A stretch of DNA of 64,000 bases from Auanema rhodensis (Eukaryota; Animalia; Nematoda). The notes under the pieces were generated by a model that worked only from the letters and a program-made list of their open reading frames with translations, had not been told where the DNA came from and made no database searches. The stretch's first letter is position 1. The number at the start of each line of letters is the position of its first letter. This document shows positions 1 through 15,000 of the stretch, one piece after another. Position numbers and translations under genes: made by a program. The DNA is taken from positions 3,100,001-3,164,000 of the forward strand of contig OZ059894.1 of assembly GCA_964057225.1 (NCBI GenBank), read 5' to 3'.

Positions 1-3000
1 ACTAATGCATCATTTTTCAAACAATCATAACTAATTTTTGTATTAAGCGTTTTTCAATGTAGTATAGTGCATTCAATGCGGATTTTTAAGCTGCGTCGAT
101 CTGTGTTATCCGATTTGCGCTAGCTGAAAAATGCAACGAGATATCAACTGATATAAGTTCACACTTATATCCTCGATTTTCACCCTGAAGAATTAATTTT
201 TTCGTTGAATAACATTGTCCATCGTCTTTGCCTTGAAAAAAAAAATCTAAAAACATCTACTTTTTGCTAAATTATTTTGAAATTTTTCGAAAAAATTTTT
301 GTCAAAATGTTTTTGGAAGCAATGTTGAGTGTACATGGAAACTCAACATACACTAATGCATCATTTTTCAAACGATCATAACTAATTTTTGTATTAAGCG
401 TTTTTTAATGTAGTATAGTGCATTCGATGCGGATTTTTAAGCTGCGTCGATCTGTGTTATCCGATTTGCGCTAGCTGAAAAATGCACCGAGATATCAACT
501 GATATAAGTTCACACTTATATCCTCGATTTTCACCCTGAAGAATTAATTTTTTCGTTGAATAACATTGTCCATCGTCTTTGCCTTGAAAAAAAGAATCTA
601 AAAACATCTACTTTTTGCTAAATTATTTTGAAATTTTTCGAAAAAATTTTTGTCAAAATGTTTTTGGAAGCAATGTTGAGTGTACATGGAAACTCAACAT
701 ACACTAATGCATCATTTTTCAAACGATCATAACTAATTTTTGTATTAAGCGTTTTTTAATGTAGTATAGTGCATTCGATGCGGATTTTCAAGCTGCGTCG
801 ATCTGTGTTATCAGATTTGAGCTAGCTTAAAAATGCACCGAGATATCAACTGATATAAGTTCACACTTATATCCTCGATTTTCACCCTGAAGAATTAATT
901 TTTTCGATGAATAACATTGTCCATCGTCTTTGCCTTGAAAAAAGGAGTCTAAAAACATCTACTTTTCGCTAAATTATTTTGAAATTTTTCGAAAAAATTT
1001 TTGTCAAAATGTTTTTGGAAGCAATGTTGAGTGTACATGGAAACTCAACATACACTAATGCATCATTTTTCAAACAATCATAACTAATTTTTGTATTAAG
1101 CGTTTTTCAATGTAGTATAGTGCATTCGATGCGGATTTTCAAGCTGCGTCGATCTGTGTTATCAGATTTGCGCTAGCTTAAAAATGCACCGAGATATCAA
1201 CTGATATAAGTTCACACTTATATCCTCGATTTTCACCCTGAAGAATTAATTTTTTCGTTGAATAACATTGTCCATCGTCTTTGCCTTGAAAAAAGGAATC
1301 TAAAAACATCTACTTTTCGCTAAATTATTTTGAAATTTTTCGAAAAAATTTTTGTCAAAATGTTTTTGGAAGCAATGTTGAGTGTACATGGAAACTCAAC
1401 ATACACTAATGCATCATTTTTCAAACAATCATAACTAATTTTTGTATTAAGCGTTTTTCAATGTAGTATAGTGCATTCGATGCGGATTTTTAAGCTGCGT
1501 CGATCTGTGTTATCCGATTTGCGCTAGCTGAAAAATGCACCGAGATATCAACTGATATAAGTTCACACTTATATCCTCGATTTTCACCCTGAAGAATTAA
1601 TTTTTTCGTTGAATAACATTGTCCATCGTCTTTGCTTTGAAGAAAGGAATCTAAAAACATCTACTTTTTGCTAAATTATTCTGAAATTTTTCGAAAAAAT
1701 TTTTGTCAAAATGTTTTTGGAAGCAATGTTGAGTGTACATGGAAACTCAACATACACTAATGCATCATTTTTCAAACGATCATAACTAATTTTTGTATTA
1801 AGCGTTTTTCAATGTAGTATAGTGCATTCGATGCGGATTTTCAAGCTGCGTCGATCTGTGTTATCAGATTTGCGCTAGCTTAAAAATGCACCGAGATATC
1901 AACTGATATAAGTTCACACTTATATCCTCGATTTTCACCCTGAAGAATTAATTTTTTCGATGAATAACATTGTCCATCGTCTTTGCCTTGAAAAAAGGAA
2001 TCTAAAAACATCTACTTTTCGCTAAATTATTTTGAAATTTTTCGAAAAAATTTTTGTCAAAATGTTTTTGGAAGCAATGTTGAGTGTACATGGAAACTCA
2101 ACATACACTAATGCATCATTTTTCAAACAATCATAACTAATTTTTGTATTAAGCGTTTTTCAATGTAGTATAGTGCATTCAATGCGGATTTTTAAGCTGC
2201 GTCGAGCTGTGTTATCCGATTTGCGCTAGCTTAAAAATGCACCGAGATATCAACTGATATAAGTTCACACTTATATCCTCGATTTTCACCCTGAAGAATT
2301 AATTTTTTCGTTGAATAACATTGTCCATCGTCTTTGCCTTGAAAAAAAAATCTAAAAACATCTACTTTTTGCTAAATTATTTTGAAATTTTTCGAAAAAA
2401 TTTTTTTCAAAATGTTTTTGGAAGCAATGTTGAGTGTACATGGAAACTCAACATACACTAATGCATCATTTTTCAAACGATCATAACTAATTTTTGTATT
2501 GAGCGTTTTTCAATGTAGTATAGTGCATTCGATGCGGATTTTTAAGCTGCGTCGAGCTGTGTTATCAGATTTGCGCTAGCTTAAAAATGCACCGAGATAT
2601 CAACTGATATAAGTTCACACATATATCCTCGATTTTCACCCTGAAGAATTAATTTTTTCGTTGAATAACATTGTCCATCGTCTTTGCCTTGAAAAAAGGA
2701 ATCTAAAAACATCTACTTTTCGCTAAATTATTTTGAAATTTTTCGAAAAAATTTTTGTCAAAATGTTTTTGGAAGCAATGTTGAGTGTACATGGAAACTC
2801 AACATACACTAATGCATCATTTTTCAAACGATCATAACTAATTTTTGTATTAAGCGTTTTTCAATGTAGTATAGTGCATTCGATGCGGATTTTTAAGCTG
2901 CGTCGATCTGTGTTATCCGATTTGCGCTAGCTGAAAAATGCACCGAGATATCAACTGATATAAGTTCACACTTATATCCTCGATTTTCACCCTGAAGAAT

Positions 3001-6000
3001 TAATTTTTTCGTTGAATAACATTGTCCATCGTCTTTGCCTTGAAAAAAAAAATCTAAAAACATCTACTTTTTGCTAAATTATTTTGAAATTTTTCGAAAA
3101 AATTTTTTTCAAAATGTTTTTGGAAGCAATGTTGAGTGTACATGGAAACTCAACATACACTAATGCATCATTTTTCAAACGATCATAACTAATTTTTGTA
3201 TTGAGCGTTTTTCAATGTAGTATAGTGCATTCGATGCGGATTTTTAAGCTGCGTCGAGCTGTGTTATCAGATTTGCGCTAGCTTAAAAATGCACCGAGAT
3301 ATCAACTGATATAAGTTCACACATATATCCTCGATTTTCACCCTGAAGAATTAATTTTTTCGTTGAATAACATTGTCCATCGTCTTTGCCTTGAAAAAAG
3401 GAATCTAAAAACATCTACTTTTCGCTAAATTATTTTGAAATTTTTCGAAAAAATTTTTGTCAAAATGTTTTTGGAAGCAATGTTGAGTGTACATGGAAAC
3501 TCAACATACACTAATGCATCATTTTTCAAACGATCATAACTAATTTTTGTATTAAGCGTTTTTCAATGTAGTATAGTGCATTCGATGCGGATTTTCAAGC
3601 TGCGTCGATCTGTGTTATCAGATTTGCGCTAGCTTAAAAATGCACCGAGATATCAACTGATATAAGTTCACACTTATATCCTCGATTTTCACCCTGAAGA
3701 ATTAATTTTTTCGTTGAATAACATTGTCCATCGTCTTTGCCTTGAAAAAAGGAATCTAAAAACATCTACTTTTCGCTAAATTATTTTGAAATTTTTCGAA
3801 AAAATTTTTGTCAAAATGTTTTTGGAAGCAATGTTGAGTGTACATGGAAACTCAACATACACTAATGCATCATTTTTCAAACAATCATAACTAATTTTTG
3901 TATTAAGCGTTTTTCAATGTAGTATAGTGCATTCGATGCGGATTTTTAAGCTGCGTCGATCTGTGTTATCCGATTTGCGCTAGCTGAAAAATGCACCGAG
4001 ATATCAACTGATATAAGTTCACACTTATATCCTCGATTTTCACCCTGAAGAATTAATTTTTTCGTTGAATAACATTGTCCATCGTCTTTGCTTTGAAGAA
4101 AGGAATCTAAAAACATCTACTTTTTGCTAAATTATTCTGAAATTTTTCGAAAAAATTTTTGTCAAAATGTTTTTGGAAGCAATGTTGAGTGTACATGGAA
4201 ACTCAACATACACTAATGCATCATTTTTCAAACGATCATAACTAATTTTTGTATTAAGCGTTTTTCAATGTAGTATAGTGCATTCGATGCGGATTTTCAA
4301 GCTGCGTCGATCTGTGTTATCAGATTTGCGCTAGCTTAAAAATGCACCGAGATATCAACTGATATAAGTTCACACTTATATCCTCGATTTTCACCCTGAA
4401 GAATTAATTTTTTCGATGAATAACATTGTCCATCGTCTTTGCCTTGAAAAAAGGAATCTAAAAACATCTACTTTTCGCTAAATTATTTTGAAATTTTTCG
4501 AAAAAATTTTTGTCAAAATGTTTTTGGAAGCAATGTTGAGTGTACATGGAAACTCAACATACACTAATGCATCATTTTTCAAACAATCATAACTAATTTT
4601 TGTATTAAGCGTTTTTCAATGTAGTATAGTGCATTCAATGCGGATTTTTAAGCTGCGTCGATCTGTGTTATCCGATTTGCGCTAGCTGAAAAATGCAACG
4701 AGATATCAACTGATATAAGTTCACACTTATATCCTCGATTTTCACCCTGAAGAATTAATTTTTTCGTTGAATAACATTGTCCATCGTCTTTGCCTTGAAA
4801 AAAGGAATCTAAAAACATCTACTTTTCGCTAAATTATTTTGAAATTTTTCGAAAAAATTTTTGTCAAAATGTTTTTGGAAGCAATGTTGAGTGTACATGG
4901 AAACTCAACATACACTAATGCATCATTTTTCAAACGATCATAACTAATTTTTGTATTAAGCGTTTTTCAATGTAGTATAGTGCATTCGATGCGGATTTTC
5001 AAGCTGCGTCGATCTGTGTTATCAGATTTGCGCTAGCTTAAAAATGCACCGAGATATCAACTGATATAAGTTCACACTTATATCCTCGATTTTCACCCTG
5101 AAGAATTAATTTTTTCGTTGAATAACATTGTCCATCGTCTTTGCCTTGAAAAAAGGAATCTAAAAACATCTACTTTTCGCTAAATTATTTTGAAATTTTT
5201 CGAAAAAATTTTTGTCAAAATGTTTTTGGAAGCAATGTTGAGTGTACATGGAAACTCAACATACACTAATGCATCATTTTTCAAACAATCATAACTAATT
5301 TTTGTATTAAGCGTTTTTCAATGTAGTATAGTGCATTCGATGCGGATTTTTAAGCTGCGTCGATCTGTGTTATCCGATTTGCGCTAGCTGAAAAATGCAC
5401 CGAGATATCAACTGATATAAGTTCACACTTATATCCTCGATTTTCACCCTGAAGAATTAATTTTTTCGTTGAATAACATTGTCCATCGTCTTTGCTTTGA
5501 AGAAAGGAATCTAAAAACATCTACTTTTTGCTAAATTATTCTGAAATTTTTCGAAAAAATTTTTGTCAAAATGTTTTTGGAAGCAATGTTGAGTGTACAT
5601 GGAAACTCAACATACACTAATGCATCATTTTTCAAACGATCATAACTAATTTTTGTATTAAGCGTTTTTCAATGTAGTATAGTGCATTCGATGCGGATTT
5701 TCAAGCTGCGTCGATCTGTGTTATCAGATTTGCGCTAGCTTAAAAATGCACCGAGATATCAACTGATATAAGTTCACACTTATATCCTCGATTTTCACCC
5801 TGAAGAATTAATTTTTTCGATGAATAACATTGTCCATCGTCTTTGCCTTGAAAAAAGGAATCTAAAAACATCTACTTTTCGCTAAATTATTTTGAAATTT
5901 TTCGAAAAAATTTTTGTCAAAATGTTTTTGGAAGCAATGTTGAGTGTACATGGAAACTCAACATACACTAATGCATCATTTTTCAAACAATCATAACTAA

Positions 6001-9000
6001 TTTTTGTATTAAGCGTTTTTCAATGTAGTATAGTGCATTCAATGCGGATTTTTAAGCTGCGTCGATCTGTGTTATCCGATTTGCGCTAGCTGAAAAATGC
6101 AACGAGATATCAACTGATATAAGTTCACACTTATATCCTCGATTTTCACCCTGAAGAATTAATTTTTTCGTTGAATAACATTGTCCATCGTCTTTGCCTT
6201 GAAAAAAAAAATCTAAAAACATCTACTTTTTGCTAAATTATTTTGAAATTTTTCGAAAAAATTTTTGTCAAAATGTTTTTGGAAGCAATGTTGAGTGTAC
6301 ATGGAAACTCAACATACACTAATGCATCATTTTTCAAACGATCATAACTAATTTTTGTATTAAGCGTTTTTTAATGTAGTATAGTGCATTCGATGCGGAT
6401 TTTTAAGCTGCGTCGATCTGTGTTATCCGATTTGCGCTAGCTGAAAAATGCACCGAGATATCAACTGATATAAGTTCACACTTATATCCTCGATTTTCAC
6501 CCTGAAGAATTAATTTTTTCGTTGAATAACATTGTCCATCGTCTTTGCCTTGAAAAAAAGAATCTAAAAACATCTACTTTTTGCTAAATTATTTTGAAAT
6601 TTTTCGAAAAAATTTTTGTCAAAATGTTTTTGGAAGCAATGTTGAGTGTACATGGAAACTCAACATACACTAATGCATCATTTTTCAAACGATCATAACT
6701 AATTTTTGTATTAAGCGTTTTTTAATGTAGTATAGTGCATTCGATGCGGATTTTCAAGCTGCGTCGATCTGTGTTATCAGATTTGAGCTAGCTTAAAAAT
6801 GCACCGAGATATCAACTGATATAAGTTCACACTTATATCCTCGATTTTCACCCTGAAGAATTAATTTTTTCGATGAATAACATTGTCCATCGTCTTTGCC
6901 TTGAAAAAAGGAGTCTAAAAACATCTACTTTTCGCTAAATTATTTTGAAATTTTTCGAAAAAATTTTTGTCAAAATGTTTTTGGAAGCAATGTTGAGTGT
7001 ACATGGAAACTCAACATACACTAATGCATCATTTTTCAAACAATCATAACTAATTTTTGTATTAAGCGTTTTTCAATGTAGTATAGTGCATTCGATGCGG
7101 ATTTTCAAGCTGCGTCGATCTGTGTTATCAGATTTGCGCTAGCTTAAAAATGCACCGAGATATCAACTGATATAAGTTCACACTTATATCCTCGATTTTC
7201 ACCCTGAAGAATTAATTTTTTCGTTGAATAACATTGTCCATCGTCTTTGCCTTGAAAAAAGGAATCTAAAAACATCTACTTTTCGCTAAATTATTTTGAA
7301 ATTTTTCGAAAAAATTTTTGTCAAAATGTTTTTGGAAGCAATGTTGAGTGTACATGGAAACTCAACATACACTAATGCATCATTTTTCAAACAATCATAA
7401 CTAATTTTTGTATTAAGCGTTTTTCAATGTAGTATAGTGCATTCGATGCGGATTTTTAAGCTGCGTCGATCTGTGTTATCCGATTTGCGCTAGCTGAAAA
7501 ATGCACCGAGATATCAACTGATATAAGTTCACACTTATATCCTCGATTTTCACCCTGAAGAATTAATTTTTTCGTTGAATAACATTGTCCATCGTCTTTG
7601 CTTTGAAGAAAGGAATCTAAAAACATCTACTTTTTGCTAAATTATTCTGAAATTTTTCGAAAAAATTTTTGTCAAAATGTTTTTGGAAGCAATGTTGAGT
7701 GTACATGGAAACTCAACATACACTAATGCATCATTTTTCAAACGATCATAACTAATTTTTGTATTAAGCGTTTTTCAATGTAGTATAGTGCATTCGATGC
7801 GGATTTTCAAGCTGCGTCGATCTGTGTTATCAGATTTGCGCTAGCTTAAAAATGCACCGAGATATCAACTGATATAAGTTCACACTTATATCCTCGATTT
7901 TCACCCTGAAGAATTAATTTTTTCGATGAATAACATTGTCCATCGTCTTTGCCTTGAAAAAAGGAATCTAAAAACATCTACTTTTCGCTAAATTATTTTG
8001 AAATTTTTCGAAAAAATTTTTGTCAAAATGTTTTTGGAAGCAATGTTGAGTGTACATGGAAACTCAACATACACTAATGCATCATTTTTCAAACAATCAT
8101 AACTAATTTTTGTATTAAGCGTTTTTCAATGTAGTATAGTGCATTCAATGCGGATTTTTAAGCTGCGTCGATCTGTGTTATCCGATTTGCGCTAGCTGAA
8201 AAATGCACCGAGATATCAACTGATATAAGTTCACACTTATATCCTCGATTTTCACCCTGAAGAATTAATTTTTTCGTTGAATAACATTGTCCATCGTCTT
8301 TGCCTTGAAAAAAAGAATCTAAAAACATCTACTTTTTGCTAAATTATTTTGAAATTTTTCGAAAAAATTTTTGTCAAAATGTTTTTGGAAGCAATGTTGA
8401 GTGTACATGGAAACTCAACATACACTAATGCATCATTTTTCAAACGATCATAACTAATTTTTGTATTAAGCGTTTCTCCATGTAGTATAGTGCATTCGAT
8501 GCGGATTTTTAAGCTGCGTCGATCTGTGTTATCCGATTTGCGCTAGCTGAAAAATGCACCGAGATATCAACTGATATAAGTTCACACTTATATCCTCGAT
8601 TTTCACCCTGAAGAATTAATTTTTTCGTTGAATAACATTGTCCATCGTCTTTGCCTTGAAAAAAAGAATCTAAAAACATCTACTTTTTGCTAAATTATTT
8701 TGAAATTTTTCGAAAAAATTTTTGTCAAAATGTTTTTGGAAGCAATGTTGAGTGTACATGGAAACTCAACATACACTAATGCATCATTTTTCAAACGATC
8801 ATAACTAATTTTTGTATTAAGCGTTTTTTAATGTAGTATAGTGCATTCGATGCGGATTTTCAAGCTGCGTCGATCTGTGTTATCAGATTTGAGCTAGCTT
8901 AAAAATGCACCGAGATATCAACTGATATAAGTTCACACTTATATCCTCGATTTTCACCCTGAAGAATTAATTTTTTCGATGAATAACATTGTCCATCGTC

Positions 9001-12000
9001 TTTGCCTTGAAAAAAGGAGTCTAAAAACATCTACTTTTCGCTAAATTATTTTGAAATTTTTCGAAAAAATTTTTGTCAAAATGTTTTTGGAAGCAATGTT
9101 GAGTGTACATCGAAACTCAACATACACTAATGCATCATTTTTCAAACAATCATAACTAATTTTTGTATTAAGCGTTTTTCAATGTAGTATAGTGCATTCG
9201 ATGCGGATTTTTAAGCTGCGTCGATCTGTGTTATCCGATTTGCGCTAGCTGAAAAATGCAACGAGATATCAACTGATATAAGTTCACACTTATATCCTCG
9301 ATTTTCACCCTGAAGAATTAATTTTTTCGTTGAATAACATTGTCCATCGTCTTTGCCTTGAAAAAAAGAATCTAAAAACATCTACTTTTTGCTAAATTAT
9401 TTTGAAATTTTTCGAAAAAATTTTTGTCAAAATGTTTTTGGAAGCAATGTTGAGTGTACATGGAAACTCAACATACACTAATGCATCATTTTTCAAACAA
9501 TCATAACTAATTTTTGTATTGAGCGTTTTTCAATGTAGTATAGTGCATTCGATGCGGATTTTTAAGCTGCGTCGAGCTGTGTTATCAGATTTGCGCTAGC
9601 TTAAAAATGCACCGAGATATCAACTGATATAAGTTCACACATATATCCTCGATTTTCACCCTGAAGAATTAATTTTTTCGTTGAATAACATTGTCCATCG
9701 TCTTTGCCTTGAAAAAAGGAATCTAAAAACATCTACTTTTCGCTAAATTATTTTGAAATTTTTCGAAAAAATTTTTGTCAAAATGTTTTTGGAAGCAATG
9801 TTGAGTGTACATGGAAACTCAACATACACTAATGCATCATTTTTCAAACGATTATAACTAATTTTTGTATTAAGCGTTTTTCAATGTAGTATAGTGCATT
9901 CGATGCGGATTTTCAAGCTGCGTCGATCTGTGTTATCAGATTTGCGCTAGCTTAAAAATGCACCGAGATATCAACTGATATAAGTTCACACTTATATCCT
10001 CGATTTTCACCCTGAAGAATTAATTTTTTCGTTGAATAACATTGTCCATCGTCTTTGCCTTGAAAAAAGGAATCTAAAAACATCTACTTTTCGCTAAATT
10101 ATTTTGAAATTTTTCGAAAAAATTTTTGTCAAAATGTTTTTGGAAGCAATGTTGAGTGTACATGGAAACTCAACATACACTAATGCATCATTTTTCAAAC
10201 AATCATAACTAATTTTTGTATTAAGCGTTTTTCAATGTAGTATAGTGCATTCGATGCGGATTTTTAAGCTGCGTCGATCTGTGTTATCCGATTTGCGCTA
10301 GCTGAAAAATGCAACGAGATATCAACTGATATAAGTTCACACTTATATCCTCGATTTTCACCCTGAAGAATTAATTTTTTCGTTGAATAACATTGTCCAT
10401 CGTCTTTGCCTTGAAAAAAAAAATCTAAAAACATCTACTTTTTGCTGAATTATTTTGAAATTTTTCGAAAAAATTTTTGTCAAAATGTTTTTGGAAGCAA
10501 TGTTGAGTGTACATGGAAACTCAACATACACTAATGCATCATTTTTCAAACAATCATAACTAATTTTTGTATTGAGCGTTTTTCAATGTAGTATAGTGCA
10601 TTCGATGCGGATTTTTAAGCTGCGTCGAGCTGTGTTATCAGATTTGCGCTAGCTTAAAAATGCACCGAGATATCAACTGATATAAGTTCACACATATATC
10701 CTCGATTTTCACCCTGAAGAATTAATTTTTTCGTTGAATAACATTGTCCATCGTCTTTGCCTTGAAAAAAGGAATCTAAAAACATCTACTTTTCGCTAAA
10801 TTATTTTGAAATTTTTCGAAAAAATTTTTGTCAAAATGTTTTTGGAAGCAATGTTGAGTGTACATGGAAACTCAACATACACTAATGCATCATTTTTCAA
10901 ACAATCATAACTAATTTTTGTATTAAGCGTTTTTCAATGTAGTATAGTGCATTCGATGCGGATTTTCAAGCTGCGTCGATCTGTGTTATCAGATTTGCGC
11001 TAGCTTAAAAATGCACCGAGATATCAACTGATATAAGTTCACACTTATATCCTCGATTTTCACCCTGAAGAATTAATTTTTTCGTTGAATAACATTGTCC
11101 ATCGTCTTTGCCTTGAAAAAAAGAATCTAAAAACATCTACTTTTTGCTAAATTATTTTGAAATTTTTCGAAAAAATTTTTGTCAAAATGTTTTTGGAAGC
11201 AATGTTGAGTGTACATGGAAACTCAACATACACTAATGCATCATTTTTCAAACAATCATAACTAATTTTTGTATTGAGCGTTTTTCAATGTAGTATAGTG
11301 CATTCGATGCGGATTTTTAAGCTGCGTCGAGCTGTGTTATCAGATTTGCGCTAGCTTAAAAATGCACCGAGATATCAACTGATATAAGTTCACACATATA
11401 TCCTCGATTTTCACCCTGAAGAATTAATTTTTTCGTTGAATAACATTGTCCATCGTCTTTGCCTTGAAAAAAGGAATCTAAAAACATCTACTTTTCGCTA
11501 AATTATTTTGAAATTTTTCGAAAAAATTTTTGTCAAAATGTTTTTGGAAGCAATGTTGAGTGTACATGGAAACTCAACATACACTAATGCATCATTTTTC
11601 AAACGATTATAACTAATTTTTGTATTAAGCGTTTTTCAATGTAGTATAGTGCATTCGATGCGGATTTTCAAGCTGCGTCGATCTGTGTTATCAGATTTGC
11701 GCTAGCTTAAAAATGCACCGAGATATCAACTGATATAAGTTCACACTTATATCCTCGATTTTCACCCTGAAGAATTAATTTTTTCGTTGAATAACATTGT
11801 CCATCGTCTTTGCCTTGAAAAAAGGAATCTAAAAACATCTACTTTTCGCTAAATTATTTTGAAATTTTTCGAAAAAATTTTTGTCAAAATGTTTTTGGAA
11901 GCAATGTTGAGTGTACATGGAAACTCAACATACACTAATGCATCATTTTTCAAACAATCATAACTAATTTTTGTATTAAGCGTTTTTCAATGTAGTATAG

Positions 12001-15000
12001 TGCATTCGATGCGGATTTTTAAGCTGCGTCGATCTGTGTTATCCGATTTGCGCTAGCTGAAAAATGCAACGAGATATCAACTGATATAAGTTCACACTTA
12101 TATCCTCGATTTTCACCCTGAAGAATTAATTTTTTCGTTGAATAACATTGTCCATCGTCTTTGCCTTGAAAAAAAAAATCTAAAAACATCTACTTTTTGC
12201 TGAATTATTTTGAAATTTTTCGAAAAAATTTTTGTCAAAATGTTTTTGGAAGCAATGTTGAGTGTACATGGAAACTCAACATACACTAATGCATCATTTT
12301 TCAAACAATCATAACTAATTTTTGTATTGAGCGTTTTTCAATGTAGTATAGTGCATTCGATGCGGATTTTTAAGCTGCGTCGAGCTGTGTTATCAGATTT
12401 GCGCTAGCTTAAAAATGCACCGAGATATCAACTGATATAAGTTCACACATATATCCTCGATTTTCACCCTGAAGAATTAATTTTTTCGTTGAATAACATT
12501 GTCCATCGTCTTTGCCTTGAAAAAAGGAATCTAAAAACATCTACTTTTCGCTAAATTATTTTGAAATTTTTCGAAAAAATTTTTGTCAAAATGTTTTTGG
12601 AAGCAATGTTGAGTGTACATGGAAACTCAACATACACTAATGCATCATTTTTCAAACAATCATAACTAATTTTTGTATTAAGCGTTTTTCAATGTAGTAT
12701 AGTGCATTCGATGCGGATTTTCAAGCTGCGTCGATCTGTGTTATCAGATTTGCGCTAGCTTAAAAATGCACCGAGATATCAACTGATATAAGTTCACACT
12801 TATATCCTCGATTTTCACCCTGAAGAATTAATTTTTTCGATGAATAACATTGTCCATCGTCTTTGCCTTGAAAAAAGGAGTCTAAAAACATCTACTTTTC
12901 GCTAAATTATTTTGAAATTTTTCGAAAAAATTTTTGTCAAAATGTTTTTGGAAGCAATGTTGAGTGTACATGGAAACTCAACATACACTAATGCATCATT
13001 TTTCAAACAATCATAACTAATTTTTGTATTGAGCGTTTTTCAATGTAGTATAGTGCATTCGATGCGGATTTTTAAGCTGCGTCGAGCTGTGTTATCAGAT
13101 TTGCGCTAGCTTAAAAATGCACCGAGATATCAACTGATATAAGTTCACACATATATCCTCGATTTTCACCCTGAAGAATTAATTTTTTCGTTGAATAACA
13201 TTGTCCATCGTCTTTGCCTTGAAAAAAGGAATCTAAAAACATCTACTTTTCGCTAAATTATTTTGAAATTTTTCGAAAAAATTTTTGTCAAAATGTTTTT
13301 GGAAGCAATGTTGAGTGTACATGGAAACTCAACATACACTAATGCATCATTTTTCAAACAATCATAACTAATTTTTGTATTAAGCGTTTTTCAATGTAGT
13401 ATAGTGCATTCGATGCGGATTTTCAAGCTGCGTCGATCTGTGTTATCAGATTTGAGCTAGCTTAAAAATGCACCGAGATATCAACTGATATAAGTTCACA
13501 CTTATATCCTCGATTTTCACCCTGAAGAATTAATTTTTTCGATGAATAACATTGTCCATCGTCTTTGCCTTGAAAAAAGGAGTCTAAAAACATCTACTTT
13601 TCGCTAAATTATTTTGAAATTTTTCGAAAAAATTTTTGTCAAAATGTTTTTGGAAGCAATGTTGAGTGTACATGGAAACTCAACATACACTAATGCATCA
13701 TTTTTCAAACAATCATAACTAATTTTTGTATTAAGCGTTTTTCAATGTAGTATAGTGCATTCGATGCGGATTTTCAAGCTGCGTCGATCTGTGTTATCAG
13801 ATTTGCGCTAGCTTAAAAATGCACCGAGATATCAACTGATATAAGTTCACACTTATATCCTCGATTTTCACCCTGAAGAATTAATTTTTTCGTTGAATAA
13901 CATTGTCCATCGTCTTTGCCTTGAAAAAAGGAATCTAAAAACATCTACTTTTCGCTAAATTATTTTGAAATTTTTCGAAAAAATTTTTGTCAAAATGTTT
14001 TTGGAAGCAATGTTGAGTGTACATGGAAACTCAACATACACTAATGCATCATTTTTCAAACAATCATAACTAATTTTTGTATTAAGCGTTTTTCAATGTA
14101 GTATAGTGCATTCGATGCGGATTTTTAAGCTGCGTCGATCTGTGTTATCCGATTTGCGCTAGCTGAAAAATGCACCGAGATATCAACTGATATAAGTTCA
14201 CACTTATATCCTCGATTTTCACCCTGAAGAATTAATTTTTTCGTTGAATAACATTGTCCATCGTCTTTGCTTTGAAGAAAGGAATCTAAAAACATCTACT
14301 TTTTGCTAAATTATTCTGAAATTTTTCGAAAAAATTTTTGTCAAAATGTTTTTGGAAGCAATGTTGAGTGTACATGGAAACTCAACATACACTAATGCAT
14401 CATTTTTCAAACGATCATAACTAATTTTTGTATTAAGCGTTTTTCAATGTAGTATAGTGCATTCGATGCGGATTTTCAAGCTGCGTCGATCTGTGTTATC
14501 AGATTTGCGCTAGCTTAAAAATGCACCGAGATATCAACTGATATAAGTTCACACTTATATCCTCGATTTTCACCCTGAAGAATTAATTTTTTCGATGAAT
14601 AACATTGTCCATCGTCTTTGCCTTGAAAAAAGGAATCTAAAAACATCTACTTTTCGCTAAATTATTTTGAAATTTTTCGAAAAAATTTTTGTCAAAATGT
14701 TTTTGGAAGCAATGTTGAGTGTACATGGAAACTCAACATACACTAATGCATCATTTTTCAAACAATCATAACTAATTTTTGTATTAAGCGTTTTTCAATG
14801 TAGTATAGTGCATTCAATGCGGATTTTTAAGCTGCGTCGATCTGTGTTATCCGATTTGCGCTAGCTGAAAAATGCACCGAGATATCAACTGATATAAGTT
14901 CACACTTATATCCTCGATTTTCACCCTGAAGAATTAATTTTTTCGTTGAATAACATTGTCCATCGTCTTTGCCTTGAAAAAAAGAATCTAAAAACATCTA

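Noticed and set aside
1-351. Monomer as a dimer of ~175-bp subunits, or as a tRNA/5S-derived repeat
   Set aside because: I saw no convincing similarity between the two halves and no recognisable structural RNA motifs. A self dot-plot and an Rfam search would be needed.
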